From an uncultured Pseudomonadota bacterium (GTDB taxonomy: Bacteria; Pseudomonadota; Alphaproteobacteria; Rhizobiales; Xanthobacteraceae): a stretch of 64,000 bases of DNA. Position numbers and translations under genes: made by a program. This document shows positions 32,781 through 42,647 of this stretch, piece by piece (the first letter of the stretch is position 1; every line of letters begins with the position of its first letter). The stretch spans positions 10,306-74,305 of the forward strand of contig CAVPRD010000003.1 of NCBI GenBank assembly GCA_963707705.1, written 5' to 3'. Below the pieces are notes generated by a model. That model had not been told where the DNA came from and ran no database searches. It saw only the letters and a list, made by a program, of their open reading frames with translations.

Positions 32781-35267
32781 CTAGTTCGCCGCCATGCCGC
32801 GCCGGATATCGGCCTCGATCATCAGCTTCTGCGAACCGCCGAAGCGAACCCGGTATACCTGCATGTTCTCCATCACCCGCTGGACATAGTTGCGGGTCTC
32901 AGAGAACGGAATGCGCTCCACCCAGTCGACCGGATCGACCTTCGGGTCGCGCGGATCACCGAAGCGTTCGATCCATTCGCGCACGCGGCCACGACCGGCG
33001 TTATAGGCGACGAAAGCAAGGATATAGGAACCCCGATAGGCATCGAGCACGTCGCCGAGCTCGGCCGAACCGATCTGCACGTTATAGACGGGCTCCAGCA
33101 GGCGTTTGGCGTCAAAGGCTACCCCGTTCTTCTTGGCGACCAGCTTCGCGGTGGCCGGCATCACCTGCATCAGGCCTTGCGCCTTGGCACTGGATATGGC
33201 GCGCGGATTGAAGCCGCTTTCCTGCCGCGCGATAGCGTAGGCGACATGCGGCTCGACATCCTGCTGGCCGATCGGCTTGACGCGCGGCAGGCCGGCGATC
33301 GGATAGGCGTAATATTCGAATGGCAGGCCGCGACCGACCGCCGTACGGCCCAGAAGCGCCAGCGTGCGAGCGTCGCCCTTCTGCTCGGCAAGCGCGGCAA
33401 CGGCCGCAAGCCCTGCCGGGTCGACCGCGCGATCGGCGAGATCGGCGGCTGCCGAGGCAACCAGATCGCGCTCGTCCACGGCATAGAGCATTTCCATTGC
33501 GCGGACGATTTCGAGGCGAGCGCCCTGCGGATGCGGCGCTGGCGGGGGTGGCAGACGCAATTCCGCGCCGCCAAGGCGGGCATGCGCCATCTGGCCGTAA
33601 TAAGTCGTCGAGGCGCGCGCCGCGCGCTCATAGAGGCCGCGGGCTTCGGCATTCTGGCCGAGCGCCTCGGCCGTCCGCGCCTGCCAATAATAGGCACGCG
33701 AAAAAGAGGCCGGGTGTTCTGCAACTTGCGCGCAGCGCGCAAAGAGCGGTTTGGCTTCGGCCGGATTGTTCAGGAAACGAAACGCGATCCAGCCGGCGGT
33801 GAAGAGCTGCTCGACGCGGCCACCCTCCTTTTCCGGAAGCGCTGCGTCGCGCGCGATCTTGAAGGCGGTCTGAGGGTCGCCGAGATCGAGTAGTTTGCGG
33901 GCGAGCAGCCGCCGCTCGGACCACCATTCGTCCGGATCCTGCACTGCAGCCGGCGTGGTTTGTGCCGCCATCATCGCCTTGGCGGCATCCTCGATCTTGT
34001 CATTGCGCCGCAGCCATTGTGCACGGCTGAACAGATAGGCCGTATCGTTTCGCACCTCCGCTGGCACGGCGTCGAGCAGCGCCCTGGCCTTGGATGACTT
34101 GTCGATCACCGCTTCGGCGGCTTTGACGATCGCGACCTGGGAAGCGCCGAGTTTCTGTGCCGCACGAAGTGCAGCCGCGGTGTCGTCCGCATAGATGCGG
34201 CGGTCCATGCGCGCCTTGTGGTCGCCACCCGTCAGCAATGGAGCGAATCCGTCGAGTATCTGCGCTTCCATGTCGGTCGTAAGCGCATCGGTGCGCCAGG
34301 TATCGCGCACGAGGCTCTGCGCGGTTGCCCGGTCGCCTTGCGCGATCAGGGCGCGCGCCAGCGCCAGCTTGCCCTTGGAGGTGAGCGGCTTAGTCGTCGC
34401 GAAATAGCGGCGCACGACCGTATCGTTGACGCCATTTTGCCAAAGCGCCGCCTCGGCCTTGCGGCGAAACTGGGTGATGTTCGGCCAGCCCGGATTGGCT
34501 GCGGCGAAACCGGCATAGCGCTGGAAATCGAAATCCCCGGTTTCGGAGCGCAGCACCATCCATTCGATGAGCTTGGCCGCCACCGGGTCTGTAACAGCGT
34601 TGGCGATAGCGGTGGCCTCGTTGCCGCGACCGCGGCGCGCAAGGTCAATCGCTTTTGTCACCGCGGCGAGGTTTTCGGAGGATGGCGCTTCGCCGGGCGC
34701 AAGGACGACAGGTATCTGCTGTTGGGGATTGACCGATGCCAAGGCCGGCGCGAAGGCCGGCGCGAAGGCTTGGGGCCTTGTCTCGGCCGAGAGCACTCCC
34801 GAGGGTGGTGCGCCAATCGGGTTGGGAAACGCCGCTACCGCGACTGGAATACCATCAGCAGGCCGCATCTTCGGGAGTGGGACCGCACCGCTGTGCGCCG
34901 CTTTCGCTGCTTCCTTTTTGGTGGCCGCCTTCTTGGAGGCCAGCTTGGCGGAAGAAGGCTTGGCCGGCGACGCATTCGCGTTGGCCGGCCTGGAAGGAAG
35001 GGCTTTGGCCGCTTCCGCGCTGTCCTTCTTCACGTCCTTCTTGGGTAAGGCCGCCTTTTTCGAATCCTGTTTCTTCGAATCCTGTTTCTTGGGATCTTGC
35101 TTCTTCGCGGCCGCCTTCTTCTCAACCGGTTTCTTTGTGGCGGTCTGGCTGTCCGTCGACGCCGGTTTGGCAACCGGCTTGTCCTGCGTCGCCGCAGGAA
35201 CGATTGCCGCACCGGAAATTGCGACGGCAGCCGTCAGAACGGCGAAGAAACAGCCTTTGCGTGTCAA
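32781..35267 (-). CDS. slt: Soluble lytic murein transglycosylase (Slt70-like) with Lys-rich N-terminal linker
   Basis: AIARQESGF, GLMQVMPATA, AYNAGRGRV, IPFSETRNYVQRVMEN. Confidence 0.93.
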   Translation of the reverse strand: MTRKGCFFAVLTAAVAISGAAIVPAATQDKPVAKPASTDSQTATKKPVEKKAAAKKQDPKKQDSKKQDSKKAALPKKDVKKDSAEAAKALPSRPANANASPAKPSSAKLASKKAATKKEAAKAAHSGAVPLPKMRPADGIPVAVAAFPNPIGAPPSGVLSAETRPQAFAPAFAPALASVNPQQQIPVVLAPGEAPSSENLAAVTKAIDLARRGRGNEATAIANAVTDPVAAKLIEWMVLRSETGDFDFQRYAGFAAANPGWPNITQFRRKAEAALWQNGVNDTVVRRYFATTKPLTSKGKLALARALIAQGDRATAQSLVRDTWRTDALTTDMEAQILDGFAPLLTGGDHKARMDRRIYADDTAAALRAAQKLGASQVAIVKAAEAVIDKSSKARALLDAVPAEVRNDTAYLFSRAQWLRRNDKIEDAAKAMMAAQTTPAAVQDPDEWWSERRLLARKLLDLGDPQTAFKIARDAALPEKEGGRVEQLFTAGWIAFRFLNNPAEAKPLFARCAQVAEHPASFSRAYYWQARTAEALGQNAEARGLYERAARASTTYYGQMAHARLGGAELRLPPPPAPHPQGARLEIVRAMEMLYAVDERDLVASAAADLADRAVDPAGLAAVAALAEQKGDARTLALLGRTAVGRGLPFEYYAYPIAGLPRVKPIGQQDVEPHVAYAIARQESGFNPRAISSAKAQGLMQVMPATAKLVAKKNGVAFDAKRLLEPVYNVQIGSAELGDVLDAYRGSYILAFVAYNAGRGRVREWIERFGDPRDPKVDPVDWVERIPFSETRNYVQRVMENMQVYRVRFGGSQKLMIEADIRRGMAAN
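35056..35106 (-). repeat. 15-bp in-frame tandem repeat (KKQDP-KKQDS-KKQDS)
   Basis: TTCTTCGAATCCTGT repeated twice plus a degenerate third unit inside slt. Confidence 0.8.
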
Positions 35268-35536
35268 ATCAGCGCCCTCCGCAATCCGAATCGGGAAAAG
35301 GTTACCCGGTAAATGCCTTGAAAGTGCTGACGAACCGTTGATCGGCCGCTGCTACGCCGACGAATGTCCCTGCCAGCGGAAAGCGGCGGTAAGGGGGCAA
35401 GGAAAAAAGGGGCATGGCCGACGTATCAACAACGCCGATCAACCCCTTCAAGAACATTCACTTTCAAGCGCAGCGTGGACCGGCTATGGATCGCTTAAGG
35501 CCGCCGGCGGCACGGACGCGGCATCAGGGTTCGGTC

Positions 35537-36442
35537 ATGAGCGCAAATGGGAAGACGTCAAACGGCAAGTTCCGCGGCTCCTTTACCGCATTGGTGACCC
35601 CATTCCAGAACGGCCAAGTCGACGAGAAATGTTTCCGCGACCTGGTCGAGTGGCAGATCTCTGAAGGAACCGATGGTTTGGTCCCGGTCGGTACCACCGG
35701 CGAGAGCCCTACCCTCTCGCACGACGAACATCACAAGGTGGTTGAATGGTGTATCGATCAGGCCCGCGGCCGCGTGCCGGTCATCGCGGGCGCGGGCTCT
35801 AACGCGACCACCGAAGCGGTTGCACTGTCTCGGCATGCTGAGAAGGCCGGCGCCGACGCCGTTCTTGTGGTTACGCCTTACTACAACAAGCCGACGCAAG
35901 AGGGCATGTTCCAGCATTTCAAGGCGGTGAATGACGCGATCGGCATTCCAATCATCATCTACAACATTCCGCCGCGTTCCGTCGTCGACATGTCGGTCGA
36001 CACCATGAAGCGTCTGTTCGAATTGAAGAACATTGCGGGCGTCAAGGACGCGACCGGCAATCTTGCGCGCGTGTCGCTGCAGCGGGAGGCAATGGGGCCT
36101 GAATTCATCCAGCTCTCCGGCGAGGACATGACCGCGCTCGCCTTCAACGCCGCGGGCGGCCATGGCTGCATCTCGGTGGTGTCGAACGTCGCGCCGGCGC
36201 TCTGCAAGCAATTGCAGGACTTGACGCTGTCGGGCGATTACGTCGAAGGCATGCGGGTGCAGGACCGCCTGGTGCCACTGCACAATGCGATCTTCATTGA
36301 ACCCGGGCTCGCTGGCGCAAAATGCGGACTGACCATGCTCGGACGCGGCTGCGAGGAAGTGCGGCTGCCGCTGTTACCGGTCACACCGCAGGCCAAGGCC
36401 GCCATCCGCAGCGCCATGGTTCATGCCGCGCTGCTGAACTAG
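35537..36442 (+). CDS. dapA: 4-hydroxy-tetrahydrodipicolinate synthase
   Basis: [30 protein letters not shown]. Confidence 0.97.
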   Translation: MSANGKTSNGKFRGSFTALVTPFQNGQVDEKCFRDLVEWQISEGTDGLVPVGTTGESPTLSHDEHHKVVEWCIDQARGRVPVIAGAGSNATTEAVALSRHAEKAGADAVLVVTPYYNKPTQEGMFQHFKAVNDAIGIPIIIYNIPPRSVVDMSVDTMKRLFELKNIAGVKDATGNLARVSLQREAMGPEFIQLSGEDMTALAFNAAGGHGCISVVSNVAPALCKQLQDLTLSGDYVEGMRVQDRLVPLHNAIFIEPGLAGAKCGLTMLGRGCEEVRLPLLPVTPQAKAAIRSAMVHAALLN

Positions 36443-36478
36443 CAGCAATGCCTTGCCGGCGGGCATACGCTAAGGAAC

Positions 36479-36952
36479 ATGGCTGACAAGAACGAGCGGC
36501 CGCTCAAGATTGTCGCGGACAATCGCAAGGCGCGCTTCAATTACGAGATTGGCGAGACTTTCGAGGCCGGCGTTGCGCTCACCGGCAGCGAGGTAAAATC
36601 GCTGCGCGCCGGCAAGGCGACTATCGCCGAATCCTATGCCGACACCCGGGATGGCGAAATCTGGCTGATCAATTCCAACATCTCGGAATACAGGCAGGCG
36701 GGCCGCGACAACCACCCCCCGAAACGGCCGCGCAAGCTGCTGCTGCACAAGCGCCAGATCAACAAGCTGATCGGTGCAGTGGAGCGGCAGGGCTATACGG
36801 TGGTGCCGTTGAAGATGTACTTCAACGCCAAAGGCCGCGCCAAGGTCGAGATCGCGCTCGCGCGCGGCAAGAAGTTGCACGACAAACGCGACACTCTGAA
36901 GAAGCGAAGCTGGGATCGCGAACGCGGGCGACTGATGCGCGCCAAAGGTTGA
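36479..36952 (+). CDS. smpB: SsrA-binding protein
   Basis: [41 protein letters not shown]. Confidence 0.98.
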   Translation: MADKNERPLKIVADNRKARFNYEIGETFEAGVALTGSEVKSLRAGKATIAESYADTRDGEIWLINSNISEYRQAGRDNHPPKRPRKLLLHKRQINKLIGAVERQGYTVVPLKMYFNAKGRAKVEIALARGKKLHDKRDTLKKRSWDRERGRLMRAKG

Positions 36953-36967
36953 CCCGAAGCGCAGGCC

Positions 36968-37084
36968 CTAGGGCATGATGCCGAAAAGCGCGAAGCGGTT
37001 TTCGGACGAGATTATGCTTTAAACCATTAAATCGATCACGTTTATGATTTTGGATCGATTCGATCCAAAATCATCGTGATCTAG
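36968..37084. repeat. Rhizobiales intergenic palindromic repeat, copy 2 (inverted relative to copy 1)
   Basis: CTAG...CTAG termini; internal palindrome ATGATTTTGGATCGATTCGATCCAAAATCAT. Confidence 0.8.
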
Positions 37085-37139
37085 CGACTGCAGGTCCTCC
37101 TGCTGGCTATCGGCTACGATGCAGGCCGCGGATCGCCAA

Positions 37140-37877
37140 TCAGCCGATCGCGTTCTTGAAATTCTCGCCGGCCTTGTCCCAGTTCACCGTATTCCACCAC
37201 GCCTTGAGATAGTCGGCGCGGCGGTTCTGGTATTTCAAGTAATAGGCGTGTTCCCACACATCGACGCCGAGCACGGGCTTGGCCGCGAGTTCCATATGCG
37301 GCGTGTCTTGATAGGGCGTATTGACCACATCGAGCTTCTTGTCTTTGGTCACTACGAGCCAAGCCCACCCCGAGCCGAAGCGGCCGAGGCCCGCGGCGTT
37401 GACCTTGTCGATCATTTCATTGACAGACTTGAAGTCGCGGTCGATCGCGGCCTTGAATTCCCCCGACGGTTCCTTCGCTCCTCCGGGCGTCATTAGGACC
37501 CAAAAGAAGCTGTGGTTCCAGTGGCCGCCGAGATTGTTTCGCACACCGGTGCGCACATCGAGAGGCACTCTGGAAAGGTCGCTTAGCATCGCTACCGGCT
37601 CTGAGACCGCGCTTGTCAGTTCGGGATATTTCCCGACCAGCCCATTGAGCCCGGCGATAAAGGCTGCGTGATGCCGGTCGTGGTGGATCATCATGGTCTG
37701 GGCGTCGATACTGGGCTCGAGCGCCTCAAAGGCATAACCAAGCGGTGGCAGCTTGAACGGGCCGGCCGGTGCAGCCGGAGCGGTCTGCGCGAAAGCCCGG
37801 CCGGGGCCGATCAATCCGGATGTGGCGACGGCGGCTGTAGCGCCAGCAATAAGCTTCAGGCTGTGGCGTCTGTTCAT
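37140..37877 (-). CDS. sodA: Mn-type superoxide dismutase with twin-arginine signal peptide
   Basis: MNRRHSLKL...RAFAQ signal; HHDRHH, NNLGGHWNHSFFW (GGH is the Mn-type signature), DVWEHAYY. Confidence 0.9.
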   Translation of the reverse strand: MNRRHSLKLIAGATAAVATSGLIGPGRAFAQTAPAAPAGPFKLPPLGYAFEALEPSIDAQTMMIHHDRHHAAFIAGLNGLVGKYPELTSAVSEPVAMLSDLSRVPLDVRTGVRNNLGGHWNHSFFWVLMTPGGAKEPSGEFKAAIDRDFKSVNEMIDKVNAAGLGRFGSGWAWLVVTKDKKLDVVNTPYQDTPHMELAAKPVLGVDVWEHAYYLKYQNRRADYLKAWWNTVNWDKAGENFKNAIG

Positions 37878-38174
37878 GGGCGTTCTCCAACTGTCGGCGA
37901 ATATCTTGTTTCCCATACGAGCCCGCGCGGTTCGTGGGTACCCGTCGAAGCTCGGGGACTCGCGTCTCCGAGATCAGATTACGCTTCCGAACCTACAAAG
38001 TTTCAACATTGGTTCCAAAGCGGACCTGGTCACTTGGCGGTGAGCGAAGTGTCGTGTGGACCGATCTGCGCCCGGGGAGAAAGTGCGCGGGTCCAAGTAT
38101 CGAATAGATTTTCCAATAAGTTGGCTCAAGTCGGTTCCCGGCACGACCCTGACCTTCGGCTGCGAATCTCAGAC

Positions 38175-38206
38175 AAAGAAAAACCCCCGGCCTTTCGGCC
38201 GGGGGT
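38175..38206 (-). terminator. Terminator after porin half-copy
   Basis: ACCCCCGGCC-GAAA-GGCCGGGGGT-TTTTCTTT on the minus strand. Confidence 0.85.
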
Positions 38207-38242
38207 GTTCCAGTTCGAAGCTTGCGTGCTTCTGGGCCGATG

Positions 38243-39240
38243 TTATGGCCAGAAGCTGCGCTGCACGCGGAGAGTGGCAGACCACACGCCGATGTCGTTG
38301 ATGTTGTAGACACCGGGGGCGAGGCCTTGGTTGGTGTTACCGCTCGAGACAGCTGTACCCTCAAAGGCCGTGTTGACCTTCGTGTAGGCAACTTCAACAC
38401 CCACGTCGAGGTTAGCCACCGGGTTCCACATCGTGCGCGAAGCAACTCGCCATGACGACCAATCGGGGTCGCAAGCGAACGACTGCTTGGTGCCGCTGTT
38501 AACAGGCGTCCTCAGACCGGAAGCGGCACAGGTGCCAGCGCCGCTAGCCTGCAGAAGCGCCTTTACCTGGTCGCTGTATTCTACGCTCACGTAGCCGAAC
38601 ACCCATGAAGTGCGCAGCGCAGGCGTCCAGTAATGCTCGAAGGCAACTGTGCCGCCCCAAGTCGTCGTCAGCTCAATGTCGCCGTTGTAAGCTGCTCCAA
38701 CACTTGTTCCAGCGGGGCGCCCTGGGGCCGAGAAGATACCGTCGCTCCAGACGCCCTGGGCAATACCCTGTGACTTGTACAGGAAGTTATTGGTTTGGCC
38801 GAAAGCAACCGCCCTTGAGTTACCTTCCGCGTATGCGATGACGCCCGACAGGGTGTCCTTCGCATCCCACGGCATCTTCAAGGTCAAGCCAGCACCGACC
38901 GCCCAGCCCCACTTGTCGTCGGGATGAGAGCAATTGTTCGTATTGGGAACATTGCAAATGCTAGTGGCTTGGCCATTCGGGAAATCGCCACTGAAGTATC
39001 GACCGCCGACTTGATGCAGGCTGCCCATGATCTGAGCAGAACCCCAAGCCTGATCGACGCGAAGGTTACCGACGATGTCAGGTATCGCCTGTCCCTTGGT
39101 ATCGACCGCCGGGCCAAAATTAGGTGCCGCTATCAAGCCGGCGCCGGTAAGGTGAACTGGTCGATCCACGGACCCGCGCTGATCGAGCGAACGCGTCTTC
39201 CGCCGAAGAGGCTGACAGGGCGATAACGAGACTGCGCTGG
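38243..39240 (-). pseudogene. 3' half-copy of an alphaproteobacterial (RopA/Omp2b-like) porin, lacking promoter, signal peptide and N-terminal half
   Basis: PDIVGNLRVDQAWGSAQ...WSATLRVQRSFWP is colinear with 42648-43640; homology fades through many small indels at 39130-39240. Confidence 0.88.
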
Positions 39241-40179
39241 AGGCTTACCGAAGCGAGGGCGGCGCACTTGCTGAACGAAGGAGCCAAGCGCAACGAACTC
39301 TCATGTGCGTGCACCCGCAGCCCCCGCTGAGGGCGTTGTGAGTGTGCGACCGGGGGCCTCGATTTTCTGCGGTCGGCGGGCTTTGCATCACCGCACGGAC
39401 CGCAGGCAGGCGAAAAATTCCCCGCCATCATTTTGGGCCCCGGATGGGCGTTCGGTCACTCGAGAACCCGCCATTTTGCGACCAGTCCGATAGTAGCGTG
39501 CAAAGTTAGTTTCGGTCGGGGAGGTTTTTCCGCAAGAAACCGACTTTTCAGCGTCCAGCGTAGATCGATAAGCAAAATCAACATTAATCAGCATTCTCCG
39601 AGAGTTTTCCCGAATAGAACAGTGGTGAGACTATGAAGACACGACGAAGAACTAATCAGAGGCTAGAATAAGTTGAAGCTGACGCTATTAGCGAAAGCTT
39701 TGTCGATCACGCTGATGCTGAGTTTTAGAGCGCGGCGACGATCCGATGGTAGTTGCAATGGGCGGCATGCAGTAATGACCGCCGTGCATATTGATGCTGT
39801 TCAAATTATGAGCCAGCAAAGCACTGCACGGATTATGCGTGCTGCTGCTGATCAGAGTTGAACGAGCTTCCGACGCAAAGGAGGATAACGAAGCAATTGA
39901 AATTGATTTTAGTACTAAATTCGTGATATGACATTTAAATCGTTTGTGTCGCGAATGATTCGACGCCTGGCCGGACGGAGGTATGCTTGGAATCAGTCGC
40001 ACCGCTTGACCCTGATAGAGCGGGCGCAAGATCGAAGCGAGGCTTAAAGAGGATGGCTGCGCAAATGCAGCGGTCGAAGATCCCCAAACAATTCTGATCT
40101 TAAACCGGCAGGCGCTTTGGCGCCGCCAGCGTCTTAAGCGGCAGGGAAGCCGCAGGGATATAATACACGTGAGCAAACA

Positions 40180-41312
40180 TCTTGACCCAGTCAGTCGCAA
40201 ACCTCGCCGACCTCGTTGATGGCACTGCAAGACTTCAAAGACAAGTATTCGGACCGTCTTGACGACGTTGAAAAGAAATAAGACCGCCCCGGCATCTGTT
40301 TCGACCGGCAGCAGCAGCGGCAATGCGCGCGCTCTCGCCGAAGAATATCAACGCTCTCAGCCAGAGTTCGTCAAAGAGCGGCGACGAGCCGTGCGTTCAA
40401 TTCGTTGAGCAGTCGATTGCAAATCCAGATGGCGGATACCTCGACGCATCCGGAGATCGCTAAGCAGATCAAGCTTAAGCTGACGAATGCATCGCCTATT
40501 CGTCAGCTTGCCACGAGTCATTGAAATCGGATCGGGTGATTCGTTCTCCGAGCCTGTAGACGTTTAGCGACGCCGAATCTGGATGGGTAGGCGGAGACGA
40601 CAAGCCCGCCCGAGACTGACGCAGGCGACTCTGAAACAAACCGTCACGCCGCTTGGATGAGATTTATGCAAACGTGCTCGTGACGCAACGGCTTGCTGGA
40701 CGATAGTTAGTTTGACGTTGGAAATTGGATCGTAACGAAAGTGGCGCGGCGCTTTGCGGATGTGGAAGATGCTGCATTCGTGAACGGCAATCAACCGCAC
40801 AAGCCGAAAGGCATTCTGACATATGAGGTTGCAAGCGAAGGCGACTAGCACGCGGCATATTTGAAATTCCAATATGCAGCCTCCGGTGCTGTCAACCAGC
40901 CTAACTGCGGATAGCCTCATCGATCTAGTTTACTCATTGCGTCCTGCCTAGCGGCAGAATGCCGTGATCGTGATGAATTCGAACACCGCTCGGTGTGGTC
41001 CGTAAGTTGAAGGACGGCGACGGGAATTTCTTGTGGGCCCCGGGTCTGGCGGCAGATCAGCCTGACCGCTTGCTCGGGCATCGAGTCATTTTGGACGAAA
41101 ATATGTCCAGATGTGAGCGCGGGTACTATTCCCAGTCGTCATTGCAGACTGGCAACGCGCTTACAACATCGTTGAGCGGCCCGGCATCAAGTGGTTGCGC
41201 GATCCTTATTCGTCACAAGCCGAACGTTGGCTTCTATGCTTATCGTCGCGTCGGAGGCGGCGCATCCGGCGACTTCGATGCGGCCAAGTTCTTGAGGATC
41301 GGAACGAGCTAA
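40180..41312 (+). pseudogene. HK97-type phage major capsid protein, multiply disrupted
   Basis: Fragments DGGYL, PEIAKQIKLKLTNASPIRQLA, LLDDS*FDVGNWIVTKVARRFADVEDAAFVNGNQPHKPKGILTY, IDLVYSLRPA*RQNAVIVMNS, VRKLKDGDGNFLWAPGL, RRVGGG..DFDAAKFL. Confidence 0.85.
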
Positions 41313-41544
41313 ATGAATCCGAAGGGCGAGTATGGGACGGGGGACTCGCAATCAGTCCTTAAGCGATAGTGTCGCTCGCCAGGAGACTTTGCTGGTCTCG
41401 TCACTCGCGCACTATCGCACGATTGCACAAAACGACTCTCCCGGATTGCGCGTGGTGGCCAATCCGGAGATGAGTCAGCGTCAAGCGGGTCGGTTCTCGG
41501 ATGTACAGATCCGATCCGCAATATTTCTCAACGGAGATTTGACT

Positions 41545-41776
41545 ATGGATTTTGAGATCGGAATTGAGTCTGACTTAGTCAGCAGCAGATTCTTGCTGGA
41601 CGCGCTCGACGTGCTCGATAAGCTGTACGGCGGATCGTCGCGAGTTTAGATTCTTCGATGACGAAGATTTTATTTCATTTCGATTTGACGATGAATTGAA
41701 AGCCGAGAAATTCCGCTTTCGATTTTCTGGAACGCGATTGCCGACTCCAGCCGGCGTTGCGTGGTGGTCGATTTAG
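41545..41776 (+). pseudogene. Small hypothetical gene with an apparent frameshift at about 41645
   Basis: GGAGA RBS; MDFEIGIESDLVSSRFLLDALDVLDKLYGG continues in another frame as FFDDEDFISFRFDDELKAEKFRFRFSG. Confidence 0.4.
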
Positions 41777-41883
41777 ATTGATTTCAGCGGCCGAATCTCC
41801 CGGTCTGTCGACGAGCCTGTAAAATTCAAGATCGGGGCCGCGCTTACGTCAGCATACCGACCAGAAAGTCGCGTCGTAACTTA

Positions 41884-41939
41884 GCCGCCGCCGGAGTTCA
41901 CATGTCGACAGACGTGCCGGCGGCGGCCCTTTTATCTTT
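41884..41939 (+). terminator. Terminator-like hairpin inside the island
   Basis: 11-bp inverted repeat GCCGCCGCCGG/CCGGCGGCGGC followed by CCTTTTATCTTT. Confidence 0.5.
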
Positions 41940-42279
41940 CATCGCGGGTCGCGACACTCCGGGCTTTGCGATGGCGCGCGGACAAGTGAATGAGCGTGGT
42001 ACAGGTGCTATGCGCCCAATCGCGATCGGTCGCTTAGGGGGCGTCGATCGGGATGGTCATCGCCTTCGATGCGCGTTCCAAAGCGGCGGCCGCCCTGCCC
42101 GGCCCAAACCTAATTTTCGTCTTCCAACAGTGGATAGCGGGAGGATTTCCCCCTGCCTTGATCGTCAATATCGGTAATCACCTGAGACACGGCTTCAGCA
42201 GTTGGCGTCCAACTATTTTCCCGTCGCCATTTACGTAGCCCCAATATGCCGGAGATATCAGAAACGGAACCGTCTCTGT

Positions 42280-42570
42280 TTAACCGTGTCCTTCCCGAGC
42301 TATCTCGACACCGGCCACAATCGCCCCTAAATCGAGAACCCCATTGTCATCAAAGCGATAAATCGAACCGGCTATCTTCTTAGGCACGCCAGCGGGATCG
42401 AATGTTACTTCCAATATCGACTGGGAGGTCCCGGCGAAACGCTTGAATGAAACTCCCGCCAGCATTTGCTTGAACACCGATACCGGAATGCGTGCGGTGG
42501 GCCGCCCATCTTCGAACAAATACAGTCTTGTGGGATATCGGCGGGGTCGGCGTTGGACCATGGCGAGCAT
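42280..42570 (-). CDS. Hypothetical protein in the island
   Basis: 96-aa protein-like ORF (LYLFEDG..RIP...RFAGTSQSILEV...IYRFDDNGVLD); no function recognised. Confidence 0.5.
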   Translation of the reverse strand: MLAMVQRRPRRYPTRLYLFEDGRPTARIPVSVFKQMLAGVSFKRFAGTSQSILEVTFDPAGVPKKIAGSIYRFDDNGVLDLGAIVAGVEIAREGHG

Positions 42571-42582
42571 CGGGTGTGTTCC

Positions 42583-42617
42583 AAAAGCAAAAGCCCCCGG
42601 CTAGCTGCCGGGGGCTT
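42583..42617 (-). terminator. Terminator after full-length porin
   Basis: AAGCCCCCGGC-AGCTA-GCCGGGGGCTT-TTGCTTTT on the minus strand. Confidence 0.85.
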
Positions 42618-42647
42618 GAGTTAGGATCGCATTAGCTCAGACTTGGC

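Larger units (their letters stand above)
39240..42580. mobile_element. Degraded prophage or phage-satellite remnant (about 3.3 kb) between the porin copies
   Basis: Visibly more AT-rich than the flanks; contains a disrupted HK97-type capsid gene and orphan ORFs; no integrase seen. Confidence 0.75.

Noticed and set aside
39966-39985. TGGCCGGACGGAGG as a possible att duplicate of the tRNA-Ser 3' end
   Set aside because: Match to TGGCGGAGACGGAGGG is short and gapped; not distinguishable from chance.
39688-40323. 211-aa minus-strand ORF in the island
   Set aside because: Not protein-like, and it overlaps the antisense of the capsid N-terminus.
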